From the NCBI GenBank assembly GCA_964484385.1, contig CAZAFV010000007.1, positions 1,328 to 65,327 on the forward strand: a stretch of 64,000 nucleotides of DNA. Direction: 5' to 3'. Under the pieces are notes generated by a model. The model was not told where the DNA came from and did no database searches. It worked only from the letters and a program-made list of their open reading frames with translations. The DNA comes from an uncultured Acidimicrobiales bacterium (GTDB lineage: Bacteria > Actinomycetota > Acidimicrobiia > Acidimicrobiales > Poriferisodalaceae). Below are positions 34,393-42,200 of the stretch, piece by piece. The position numbers and the translations under genes were made by a program. Each line of letters begins with the position of its first letter. The first letter of the stretch is position 1.

Positions 34393-34644
34393 TCAGCCCA
34401 GGAGCTTTCCGACCGAACCGGCGTAGCGGACCGCACCGTCCGCCACTTCTTCGATCGTCTCGTCAGTAGTTGCGAGCAAGTCCTGCGTCGTGTCGAGCTC
34501 GCCGATGATCCCCACGCCGCCGGCCAGGATGTCGTCGCTGGCTTTGCGAATGCGCTCGATTGCGGCGAGCACCCGGTTCAGCAGCGCGAGCGCGACCGGC
34601 ACGACCACCACGAGCAGTATCAGGTTTCCAATCCACCAGAGCAC
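34393..34644 (-). CDS. small single-pass membrane protein, paralogue 1 (83 aa)
   Basis: GTG at 34644 is preceded by GAGGAGG, which overlaps the coxG stop. TM helix WWIGNLILLVVVVPVALALL followed by IERIRKASDDILAGGVGIIGELD.... Confidence 0.6.
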   Translation of the reverse strand: MLWWIGNLILLVVVVPVALALLNRVLAAIERIRKASDDILAGGVGIIGELDTTQDLLATTDETIEEVADGAVRYAGSVGKLLG

Positions 34645-34654
34645 GGGTTCCTCC

Positions 34655-35239
34655 TCAGACAGCCTCGGGTCGGTACGGCAGGACAAGTCGACGCACGACG
34701 CGGGCGAGCCCCATCTGTGCGGCGCGCATGCCGATGGTGACGCCACCGGCGGCTCGGACTTGGCCGACGTCGTCGGGGTCGCGGCCCACAGCAACCGCTG
34801 CCAGCCGGTTCTGGACGTTGGCAGCGAAGTCGCTCAGCAGCACCGCGGTGATGTCGCTCACCAGGCCACGCCCGTACTGTGCTGCGGGCCCGGAGAGCTG
34901 TAGGTCCATGGCCACCTCCACGCTCGTGCCGCCCGCAGCGTCAGCGAGGCTGGCGTTGAGTTCGAGCGTGGCTTGGCCCCGGCCCTTGCGATCGGCGCCG
35001 CTGGCAGCGACAGAGATCGTCCGGTTCTCCTCGTCCCGCTGCGTGATCTCGGCACCGCCGTCGAAGTCGAGCTTGATGGGGCCGAGGCCGATGGACACGG
35101 TGCCGCCGTAGCGGTCGTCGCCTAGCTCGGTGGTCAGCTCGGTGCCCGGCAGACACGCCGCCACCTGCGGCACGTCGCCGAAGAAGCTCCACACAGCCTC
35201 CAGCGGCTGCGCGACCTGGAACTGGTTGGTGATCTGCAT
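34655..35239 (-). CDS. coxG: SRPBCC-fold CO dehydrogenase subunit G (CoxG) family protein
   Basis: MQITNQFQVAQPLEAVWSFFGDVPQVAACLPG... is the typical CoxG/SRPBCC N-terminus. The gene sits in the cox operon. Confidence 0.8.
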   Translation of the reverse strand: MQITNQFQVAQPLEAVWSFFGDVPQVAACLPGTELTTELGDDRYGGTVSIGLGPIKLDFDGGAEITQRDEENRTISVAASGADRKGRGQATLELNASLADAAGGTSVEVAMDLQLSGPAAQYGRGLVSDITAVLLSDFAANVQNRLAAVAVGRDPDDVGQVRAAGGVTIGMRAAQMGLARVVRRLVLPYRPEAV

Positions 35240-36201
35240 CAGGCGACTCCCCGCTCACGTGCGAAGGTTGTGCGGCACCCCGCGCAGCAGAAGTAGAAGA
35301 CCTCGTCGCCGATCTCCAGCGACGGCGTCGCCGGATCGATCTGGACGGTCATGCCGCAGACAGGGTCGACGGCCGTCGGCATCGCCGACGCTTGGGCGCT
35401 GGCTGTCGCTGCGAACACACCCTGGGCACGGAGCTGCACCAGCTCGGCCAGGATCGACACTGCAACCTCTTTGTGCGAGGTGCTGCCGAGATCCAGGCCG
35501 GCAGGGGCTCGCAATGCGCCGAGCTGGGTCTCTTCCACGCCTTGATCAGCAAGCAGAGCCCGGACGCTGCGGCCTCGTCGAGCCGATGAGACCAGACCCA
35601 CGTACGCCGGATCGGCCTTGAACGCAGCGTTCAGCACGTCCTCATCGCCGTGCCCTTGGGTGGCAACCACCACCATCGACTGCGGCGTGAGCAGCCCCTC
35701 GCTGAACTCGGCACGATCCACCAGCTCGACACGCCAGTCGAGCTGGGCGGCCAGCACCGACAGGGTGGTCGCCATGGGCGAGCTTCCGACGATCACGAGG
35801 TGGGGTGCGGCCACGACGGGCTCCAAGTAGATCTGCAGGGCGCCTTCGCTCTGGCACGACATGGGCACCGCAGTGGTGCCCTGGGGCAGGTCGCCGAATC
35901 GGTCGCTCGCGCCGAGCGCCAGCAAGCGCGGCGTGCCCGCCTCGAGCGTCGCGATGGCCTCCCGGATGAATACCGGCTCCGCACAGGCGCCGCCGATCCA
36001 CCCGTACATCTCTCCCGCGGCCGTGTAGATGGCGCGAGAACCGCGCTGCCCCGATGTCGGACCTTCGCGCCAGACAACCGTGGCCAGCACGAATGCCTCG
36101 CCGCTGCGTGCCAGTTCGGTGGCGCGCTCGAGCACACCCCAGCCCTCGACGGCCCCTTGTCCGACCGGTTCGGGCCCGACGGCGCCGGAGCTGCTCATCA
36201 T
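35239..36201 (-). CDS. XdhC/CoxF-family molybdoenzyme maturation protein fused to a C-terminal YHS/TRASH metal-binding domain
   Basis: XdhC_CoxI-like N-terminus (FVLATVVWREGPTSGQRGS) and a Rossmann-like middle (HLVIVGSSPMA). The C-terminal DPVCGMTV...VFYFCCAGCRTTF lies at about 35242-35373. The start overlaps the coxL stop by 4 nt. Confidence 0.8.
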   Translation of the reverse strand: MMSSSGAVGPEPVGQGAVEGWGVLERATELARSGEAFVLATVVWREGPTSGQRGSRAIYTAAGEMYGWIGGACAEPVFIREAIATLEAGTPRLLALGASDRFGDLPQGTTAVPMSCQSEGALQIYLEPVVAAPHLVIVGSSPMATTLSVLAAQLDWRVELVDRAEFSEGLLTPQSMVVVATQGHGDEDVLNAAFKADPAYVGLVSSARRGRSVRALLADQGVEETQLGALRAPAGLDLGSTSHKEVAVSILAELVQLRAQGVFAATASAQASAMPTAVDPVCGMTVQIDPATPSLEIGDEVFYFCCAGCRTTFARERGVA

Positions 36202-38576
36202 TCGGTCTTCACCGGCGGGGCACCGGAGACGTCGTGGCCCTGGGTGAGGGCTTCATAGACCCGATCGGGCAGCAGCGGCATGTCGATATTGCGAACGCCG
36301 GTGTCACCGATGGCGTCGATCACGGCGTTGACGAACGCTGCCGGTCCGCCCACGGTGGCGCACTCGCCGATGCCCTTCGCACCGATGGGATGATGCGGGC
36401 AGGGTGTCACCACTTCGTGGAGCTCGAAGCCCGGTGTCTCCCACGCGGTCGGCAGCAGGTAGTCCATGTAGTTGGAGCCGATGCAGTTGCCGTCCTCGTC
36501 GAAGGTGATGAACTGCATGTTGGCCATGGCGTAGGCCTCAGTGAGCCCGCCCATGATCTGGCCCTCGACGATCATCGGGTTGATACGCACGCCGCAGTCG
36601 TCCACCGCCACCACCCGCAGCACGTCCCACACGCCGGTCTCGGGATCGACCTCGACGGTGGCGATGTAGCAGGCGAACGGCCACGTCAGGTTCGGTGGGT
36701 CGTAGTAGGCGTTGTTCTCGAGACCTGGCTCCATGCCGTCGGGCATGTTGCTGTAGGCGGCAATCGCGCATTCCTGGATGGTCACGCCCCGGTCAGGTGC
36801 GCCACGCACCGAGAACCGGCCCAGCTCCCATTCGATGTCCTCCTCGGACACCTCGAGCAGGTGAGCGGCGATCTTGCGGGCCTTTGCGCGGATCTTGCGC
36901 GACACCATGGCCACGGCCGCTCCGGCCACCGGTGTGCTGCGTGACGCGTAGGTGCCCATGCCGAATGGGGCCGTGTCGGTGTCGCCCTCTTCGACCAGCA
37001 CATCCTCGGCCGGTATGCCCAGCTCGTGGGCGACGATCTGCGCCCAAGTGGTCTCGTGGCCTTGGCCCTGTGTCTTGGCGCCGGTGCGCAGCAGCGCCTT
37101 GCCGGTCATGTGGACCTTCAGCTCGGCGGAGTCGAACATCTTGATGCCCAAGATGTCGTACTCCCGGCTGTTGCCCGCCCCGAGGGGCTCGGTCATGGTC
37201 GAGATGCCGATGCCCAGCAGCCGGCCGCGCTGGCGCGCCTCTTCCTTCTGGCGCAGGAAGTCCTCGTAGCCGATCGCTTCGAGCCCGAGGTCGAGGCACT
37301 TGCCGTACTGGCCGGAGTCGGTCAGGAACCCCCAGGGCGTGCGATGGGGGAAGTCGTCGTCGCGCACCAGGTTGATGCGGCGAAACTCGGCCTGGTCCAT
37401 GCCGAGATCAGTGGCGGCCGTCTGCACCATGCGCTCCTGGAAGTACATGGCCTCGGTGACCCGGAATGAGCAGCGATACGCGACGCCGCCGGGTGCCTTG
37501 TTCGTGTAGACGCCCTGAGCGGTGAGATGCGCTGCCGGAATGTCGTAGCAGCTGAAGGCCGAGTGCATCAGGCCGATCTTGAACTTGCTCGGCTGGGCAT
37601 CGGAGAAGAAGGCGCCGTGGTCGGAGTCGGTGTGCATGCGCACGCCGAGAATCCGGCCGTCGCGTCGCAGCGCCATCTCGCCCTTGAGGTAGATGTCGCG
37701 GCCGAACCCTGTCGAGATGAGGTTGCCGCTCTTGTCCTCGATCCACTTGACGGGGCACTCGAGCAGGATCGACGCCAGGATCGACACGACATAGCCCGGG
37801 TACACCGGCACCTTGTTCCCGAAGCCGCCGCCAAGGTCGGGGGACACGATGCGGATCATGTGCTCGGGCAGCTCGGCTACCAGCGCCACCGCGGCGCGGA
37901 TGATGTGCGGCGCCTGGGTGGTCATGTACACAGTGAGCTTCGAGGTCGCCCGGTTGAAATCGGCGATCGAGCCGCACGCCTCGATGGGCGACGGGTGCGA
38001 GCGCGGGTAGTGCATGTCGATGGTCGAGACCACATCGGCCTCGGCGAAGGCCCGATCGGTGCCCTCACGGTCGCCGACCTCCCAGTCGAACACGACGTTG
38101 GAGTCCTGGCCGGTCTTGTCGTCGCGGATCAGCGGGGCGTCGGGCGCCTTTGCCTGGGTCGGGTTGACGATGGGCGGCAGCGGTTCGTAGTCGACCACGA
38201 TCGCCTCGCAGCCGTCCTTTGCGATGTAGGGGTCGTCGGCGACGACGCAGGCCACTTCCTGGCCCTGGAATCGGACCTTGTCGGTGGCGAGGACGGCTTG
38301 GGTGTCGTATGACAGCGTCGGCATCCAGGCCAGGTTCCGGGCGGCCAGCATGTCGCCGGTGAGCACCATGCGAACGCCGGGAATGGCCCAGGCAGCGCTG
38401 ACGTCAATGGAGCGAATGCGGGCGTGAGCGAGCGGGCTGCGCAGGATCTCCATGTGCAGCATCCCGGGCAGGGCGATGTCGTCGATGTAGTTGCCCTTGC
38501 CGCGGATGAAGCGGTTGTCCTCCACCCGCCGCCGGCTGGCGCCGAGGCCGCCGATCTTGATCTCGTCGAGCGCCAT
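36198..38576 (-). CDS. coxL: form I aerobic CO dehydrogenase large (Mo-Cu) subunit
   Basis: Xanthine-dehydrogenase-family molybdopterin subunit. The active-site loop VAYRCSFR is encoded at 37461-37481 and I verified the codons. An ATG at 38576 lies 1 nt after the coxS stop; the listed ORF extends to a TTG at 38630. Confidence 0.9.
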   Translation of the reverse strand: MALDEIKIGGLGASRRRVEDNRFIRGKGNYIDDIALPGMLHMEILRSPLAHARIRSIDVSAAWAIPGVRMVLTGDMLAARNLAWMPTLSYDTQAVLATDKVRFQGQEVACVVADDPYIAKDGCEAIVVDYEPLPPIVNPTQAKAPDAPLIRDDKTGQDSNVVFDWEVGDREGTDRAFAEADVVSTIDMHYPRSHPSPIEACGSIADFNRATSKLTVYMTTQAPHIIRAAVALVAELPEHMIRIVSPDLGGGFGNKVPVYPGYVVSILASILLECPVKWIEDKSGNLISTGFGRDIYLKGEMALRRDGRILGVRMHTDSDHGAFFSDAQPSKFKIGLMHSAFSCYDIPAAHLTAQGVYTNKAPGGVAYRCSFRVTEAMYFQERMVQTAATDLGMDQAEFRRINLVRDDDFPHRTPWGFLTDSGQYGKCLDLGLEAIGYEDFLRQKEEARQRGRLLGIGISTMTEPLGAGNSREYDILGIKMFDSAELKVHMTGKALLRTGAKTQGQGHETTWAQIVAHELGIPAEDVLVEEGDTDTAPFGMGTYASRSTPVAGAAVAMVSRKIRAKARKIAAHLLEVSEEDIEWELGRFSVRGAPDRGVTIQECAIAAYSNMPDGMEPGLENNAYYDPPNLTWPFACYIATVEVDPETGVWDVLRVVAVDDCGVRINPMIVEGQIMGGLTEAYAMANMQFITFDEDGNCIGSNYMDYLLPTAWETPGFELHEVVTPCPHHPIGAKGIGECATVGGPAAFVNAVIDAIGDTGVRNIDMPLLPDRVYEALTQGHDVSGAPPVKTE

Positions 38577-38577
38577 C

Positions 38578-39159
38578 TCAGCCCTCCCCGCCTGCGTCAT
38601 CGCCGGCATCGTCCGCACCGTCGCTCTCAACGTTGGCGCCTAGCTTCTCGGCCGCCCACATCACGGCCTTGACGATGTTCTGGTAGCCGGTGCAGCGGCA
38701 GAGATTCCCCGACAGCGCCCAGCGGATCTCGTCCTCGCTGGGGTTCGGGTTCTCTTCCAGCAACGCCTTCGCGGCGAGCATCATGCCCGGGGTGCAGAAA
38801 CCGCACTGCAGGCCGTGCTCGTCCTTGAAGCCCTCCTGGATCGGATGCAGCTCGCTCGCGGTCGCCAGGCCTTCGACGGTGAGCACCTCGTGGCCGTCGG
38901 CTTGGACGGCGAACATCGTGCAGCTCTTGACGGGCACGCCGTCGTACAGCACGGTGCATGCGCCGCAGTTGGTCGTGTCGCAACCGGTGTGAGTTCCCGT
39001 CAGCCGGAAGCCGTTGCGCAGCAGGTGCGCCAGCAACAGCCGCGGCTCCACGTCGGCCGCACGCCGCTCGCCGTTCACGGTCAGCTCCACACGGCGAACC
39101 GGTACTGCGTCGCCGGCGCCGCCGTCGCTCGGACGGACCTCTTCGAACAATGTGCTCAT
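38578..39159 (-). CDS. coxS: CO dehydrogenase small subunit, [2Fe-2S]
   Basis: ATG at 39159 (MSTLFEE...). The two 2Fe-2S motifs are [11 protein letters not shown] and CGFCTPG...CRCTGY. Confidence 0.9.
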   Translation of the reverse strand: MSTLFEEVRPSDGGAGDAVPVRRVELTVNGERRAADVEPRLLLAHLLRNGFRLTGTHTGCDTTNCGACTVLYDGVPVKSCTMFAVQADGHEVLTVEGLATASELHPIQEGFKDEHGLQCGFCTPGMMLAAKALLEENPNPSEDEIRWALSGNLCRCTGYQNIVKAVMWAAEKLGANVESDGADDAGDDAGGEG

Positions 39160-39160
39160 G

Positions 39161-40036
39161 TCAGGCCGCCTCGTGTTCTGATCGCTGGATCTGAGCGCCG
39201 ATGCGCCGCACGAAGGTGGCGACGACGTGGCGCTTGTAATCGGCGCTTCCCCGGTGGTCAGAGCGTGGCTGAGCCGCCTCGGCCGCGAGCTGGGCTGCCG
39301 CGTCGACGGCATCCGAATCGAGCGCCGTGCCGACCAGCGCCGCTGCGGCGTCGGAGGCGTTGATGGTGGCAGGCCCGACAGCGGTGAGCCCGATGCCCGC
39401 ACGCGCAACGCTGCCGCCCGACATCTCGACCGAGACCGCGACGCCGACGGTGGCGAAGTCACCGACCCGACGTTCGAGCTTGAGATAGCCACCCGCCCGG
39501 GCGCCGCGTGCTGCGGGAATCACTGCCTCGACGGCGATCTCGTCGGGAGCGAGCACCGTTTGGAACGGGCCGTCGATGAGATCGGCCACCTGAATGCTCC
39601 GGCGCCCATTCGGGCCTTGAGCCACGACGGCGCCTTCCAGCGACACCATCACCGAGGCCCAGTCGCCTTGCGGGTCGGCGTGACACACCGAGCCCACGAG
39701 CGTTCCCCGTGTGCGCACCAAGGGGTCGGCCACGTCAGGGGCTGCCGCAGCGATGGTCGGTTGGGCATCGGCGAGCGCAGCGGATTTCTCGAGATCAGCG
39801 TGCCGGCACAACGCCCCGATGCGATAGGTGCCGTCGGGATCTGCCCGGTGGTAGTCGAGGCCGCCGATGCCGTTGATGTCCACGATCATCGCGGGCGCCG
39901 CGAATCGCAGCTTCATCATCGGGATGAGGCTCTGGCCGCCCGCCAGGATCTTCGCCTCGCCGTCTGCTGCGGCGAGCATCGCAACTGCCTCGGCGACGGT
40001 CGAGGGCGCTTCGTAGCGGAAGCGAGATGGATACAT
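39161..40036 (-). CDS. coxM: CO dehydrogenase medium subunit, FAD-binding
   Basis: 291 aa with an FAD_binding_5-type N-terminus (...[16 protein letters not shown]...). The stop lies 1 nt before the coxS start. Confidence 0.9.
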   Translation of the reverse strand: MYPSRFRYEAPSTVAEAVAMLAAADGEAKILAGGQSLIPMMKLRFAAPAMIVDINGIGGLDYHRADPDGTYRIGALCRHADLEKSAALADAQPTIAAAAPDVADPLVRTRGTLVGSVCHADPQGDWASVMVSLEGAVVAQGPNGRRSIQVADLIDGPFQTVLAPDEIAVEAVIPAARGARAGGYLKLERRVGDFATVGVAVSVEMSGGSVARAGIGLTAVGPATINASDAAAALVGTALDSDAVDAAAQLAAEAAQPRSDHRGSADYKRHVVATFVRRIGAQIQRSEHEAA

Positions 40037-40039
40037 GCG

Positions 40040-40294
40040 TCAGCCCCCTGTCGACGGCCCGCCGGGACCTTGCGGATCCGGCACAGCTCGCGGCAACGAC
40101 TCGGCGTCGGGATCGGGCCGTCGCTCCTGGTGTGGCGGCCAAGGCCCCTGAACTGGCTGACCAGCGACTTTGAGATAGTCGATGATTTGCGGCCAGGCCC
40201 AAATCGTCGGGCTGGCGCCTTCCTTGGGCGCACCCTCGATGACCTCGTACAGCCTCGGGTTGCCTGCGCTATGGCCTGATGACTCGATCGGCAT
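40040..40294 (-). CDS. hypothetical small protein (84 aa) coupled upstream of coxM
   Basis: ATG at 40294 follows a GGGGAAGGGG purine tract. The stop lies 3 nt before the coxM ATG. I recognise no family, and the Pro-rich C-terminus lowers confidence. Confidence 0.3.
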   Translation of the reverse strand: MPIESSGHSAGNPRLYEVIEGAPKEGASPTIWAWPQIIDYLKVAGQPVQGPWPPHQERRPDPDAESLPRAVPDPQGPGGPSTGG

Positions 40295-40408
40295 GGATTC
40301 CCCTTCCCCCGGAGATCCGGCCGTGTCTCTGCGGCACAGCGAACTTACCACTGCCCGTCGCGGCGCTCCGAACGAAGTCACTGGTCGCACCGGTTTGGTG
40401 CGCCCGCT

Positions 40409-40482
40409 GTGGCGGCGGCAGGGGATTCAGCGACCAGCGATCCAGCAGGTCGCAACGTCGCTGAATCCCCTGCCGCCGCCAC
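40409..40482. repeat. 26-bp perfect inverted repeat with 22-nt spacer
   Basis: GTGGCGGCGGCAGGGGATTCAGCGAC (40409-40434) and its exact reverse complement GTCGCTGAATCCCCTGCCGCCGCCAC (40457-40482). It lies in the divergent intergenic region and ends 4 nt before ATG 40487. Confidence 0.9.
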
Positions 40483-40486
40483 CGCT

Positions 40487-41029
40487 ATGGCATCCGTGCG
40501 TTTGAGGGCGATACTCGCGGGCATGGCGCTTGGCTTCGGAGATTCCCTGGTGGCGGCCAGCTTCAACTCCGGCTGGTACCAGGCTGTGCTGGTCGTTCAC
40601 TTGGCGAGTGCGGTGGTGGGATTCGGCGGCAGCGCCTTGGGCACCGTCATGCTGAGACGGGCATGGACCGACGGCGCTGATGCCACTGCTGCTGTGCGGC
40701 GGGCGTTTGAGTTTGCGTCGAACCGGCTGACGGATATGGCTGCCTACCTCGCCGGCGTCGCCGGCGTGGTCGCGGTGCTCATCGATGACCGTTGGACGTT
40801 CCGGCAAGGCTGGGTGACGACTGCGTTCATTCTGTACTTCGTCTGGTTAGGCATCGCCCACGGCGCACTGCGGCCGGCCAGCGCCAAGCTTGCCGAAGCC
40901 ATGGACGCGGGACCTGAACGGTCCGACGATGCGGAACGGCTGCGGAGGCGGACCGAGCTGTGGTCGATGGCAAACAACCTGGTGATCGTGGCGGCCATTG
41001 CCGTAATGGTGACCAAGCCAGGCTTGTAA
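40487..41029 (+). CDS. integral membrane protein (about 4 TM segments), function unknown
   Basis: MASVRLRAILAGMALGF... followed by further hydrophobic segments. ATG 40487 is preferred over GTG 40409, which would translate the palindrome. Confidence 0.6.
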   Translation: MASVRLRAILAGMALGFGDSLVAASFNSGWYQAVLVVHLASAVVGFGGSALGTVMLRRAWTDGADATAAVRRAFEFASNRLTDMAAYLAGVAGVVAVLIDDRWTFRQGWVTTAFILYFVWLGIAHGALRPASAKLAEAMDAGPERSDDAERLRRRTELWSMANNLVIVAAIAVMVTKPGL

Positions 41030-41078
41030 GGCTGCGCAGCCACGCGGATCTCGGTGCCGCGGCGTAGCGTCGGCGCGC

Positions 41079-42134
41079 ATGATCGAGCAGCGGCGGCACC
41101 GAGTGTGCGTGATTCCGGGTGACGATGCGGCGCCCGAAGCGATGGCTGCCTCACTTCGCGTGCTCGACGCGCTCGACCTGCCCATCGACTGGGACCACGT
41201 GCCGGTGGGCGACGAGCTCGCAGCGCTCACGCCCGACGAGCGGGAAGCGCTGGTCGGCGAGCACATCGATGCTGCCGACACGGTGCTGTTCGGCTCGTCG
41301 AACGGCACGACTCCTGGCGCCGGCTTCATGCGCTGGGGCAAGCGCACCTACGCCAACGTGCGACCCGTGCGCTGGCGGCCGGGCTATGCCTCGCCGCTGG
41401 CCCGGCCCGAGGGGATCGACTACGTGATCGTCCGGGAGAACCTCGAGGACATGTACGTCGGCGTCATGGGGCCGGCGCAGCGGCTGCTCGATGCGGGACT
41501 GACCGAGGGCCGTTCTCGCGTCCCGCCAGATGCCGCCAACGGACGCTTCGCTGCGAAGATCATCACCCGCCCCGGCACCGAGCAGGTCACCCGCTTCGCC
41601 GCCGAGCTGGCGCTGAGCCGGAGCGGCAAGCTCACCGTCTCGGCCAAGACCAACATGCTCCCTGCGACCGACAGGTGGTTCTGCGACATTGCTCGGGAGG
41701 TAGCCCAGGAGTACCCCGGCCTGAAGTACGAGCAGTTCATCATCGACGACATGGCGCACCGGCTGGTGGTGCGGCCCCACGACCTCGACGTGCTGCTGCT
41801 GCCGAACCTGTACGGCGACATCCTGTCCGACCAGGGCGCCGGCACGATCGGCGGCATGGGCCTGGCGCCGTCAGGCTGCTACGGCGACGACTGGGCGTAT
41901 TTCGAATCGGCCCACGGCACGGCACCCGACATCGCCGGGCAGGGCATCATCAACCCGACCGCCACGCTGGAGTCGGCCGAGATGATGCTGCGCCACTTGG
42001 GACTCGACGCTCCGGCTGAACGGCTGGACCGGGCCTTGGCCCAGGTGTACGAACACGGCGAGAATCTGACGCCGGACCAGGGCGGCACCTCGGGCACCGA
42101 GGACTTCGCCACCGCCGTCGTCGACGAGCTGTAG
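41079..42134 (+). CDS. isocitrate/isopropylmalate dehydrogenase family protein
   Basis: 351 aa with VCVIPGDDAAPE... at the N-terminus and NLYGDILSDQGAG..GG.G.APS, the family signature. Confidence 0.85.
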   Translation: MIEQRRHRVCVIPGDDAAPEAMAASLRVLDALDLPIDWDHVPVGDELAALTPDEREALVGEHIDAADTVLFGSSNGTTPGAGFMRWGKRTYANVRPVRWRPGYASPLARPEGIDYVIVRENLEDMYVGVMGPAQRLLDAGLTEGRSRVPPDAANGRFAAKIITRPGTEQVTRFAAELALSRSGKLTVSAKTNMLPATDRWFCDIAREVAQEYPGLKYEQFIIDDMAHRLVVRPHDLDVLLLPNLYGDILSDQGAGTIGGMGLAPSGCYGDDWAYFESAHGTAPDIAGQGIINPTATLESAEMMLRHLGLDAPAERLDRALAQVYEHGENLTPDQGGTSGTEDFATAVVDEL

Positions 42135-42200
42135 CGGCCGTACAGCGCGTCTGCGGGTAGAAACACGCATCGAACCCAACGGAGGGGTGAGCGATCGGAC

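Noticed and set aside
38577-38630. The TTG start at 38630 that extends coxL by 18 codons and overlaps coxS.
   Set aside because: The ATG at 38576 lies 1 nt after the coxS stop. It fits the tight coupling seen throughout the operon and gives a CoxL-like N-terminus.
40409-40486. GTG 40409 as the start of the membrane-protein gene, which would translate through the 26-bp inverted repeat.
   Set aside because: Both strands give mirror-image low-complexity peptides (AAAGDSAT...), as expected for a palindrome. MASVRLRAILAGMALGF at ATG 40487 looks like a genuine hydrophobic N-terminus.
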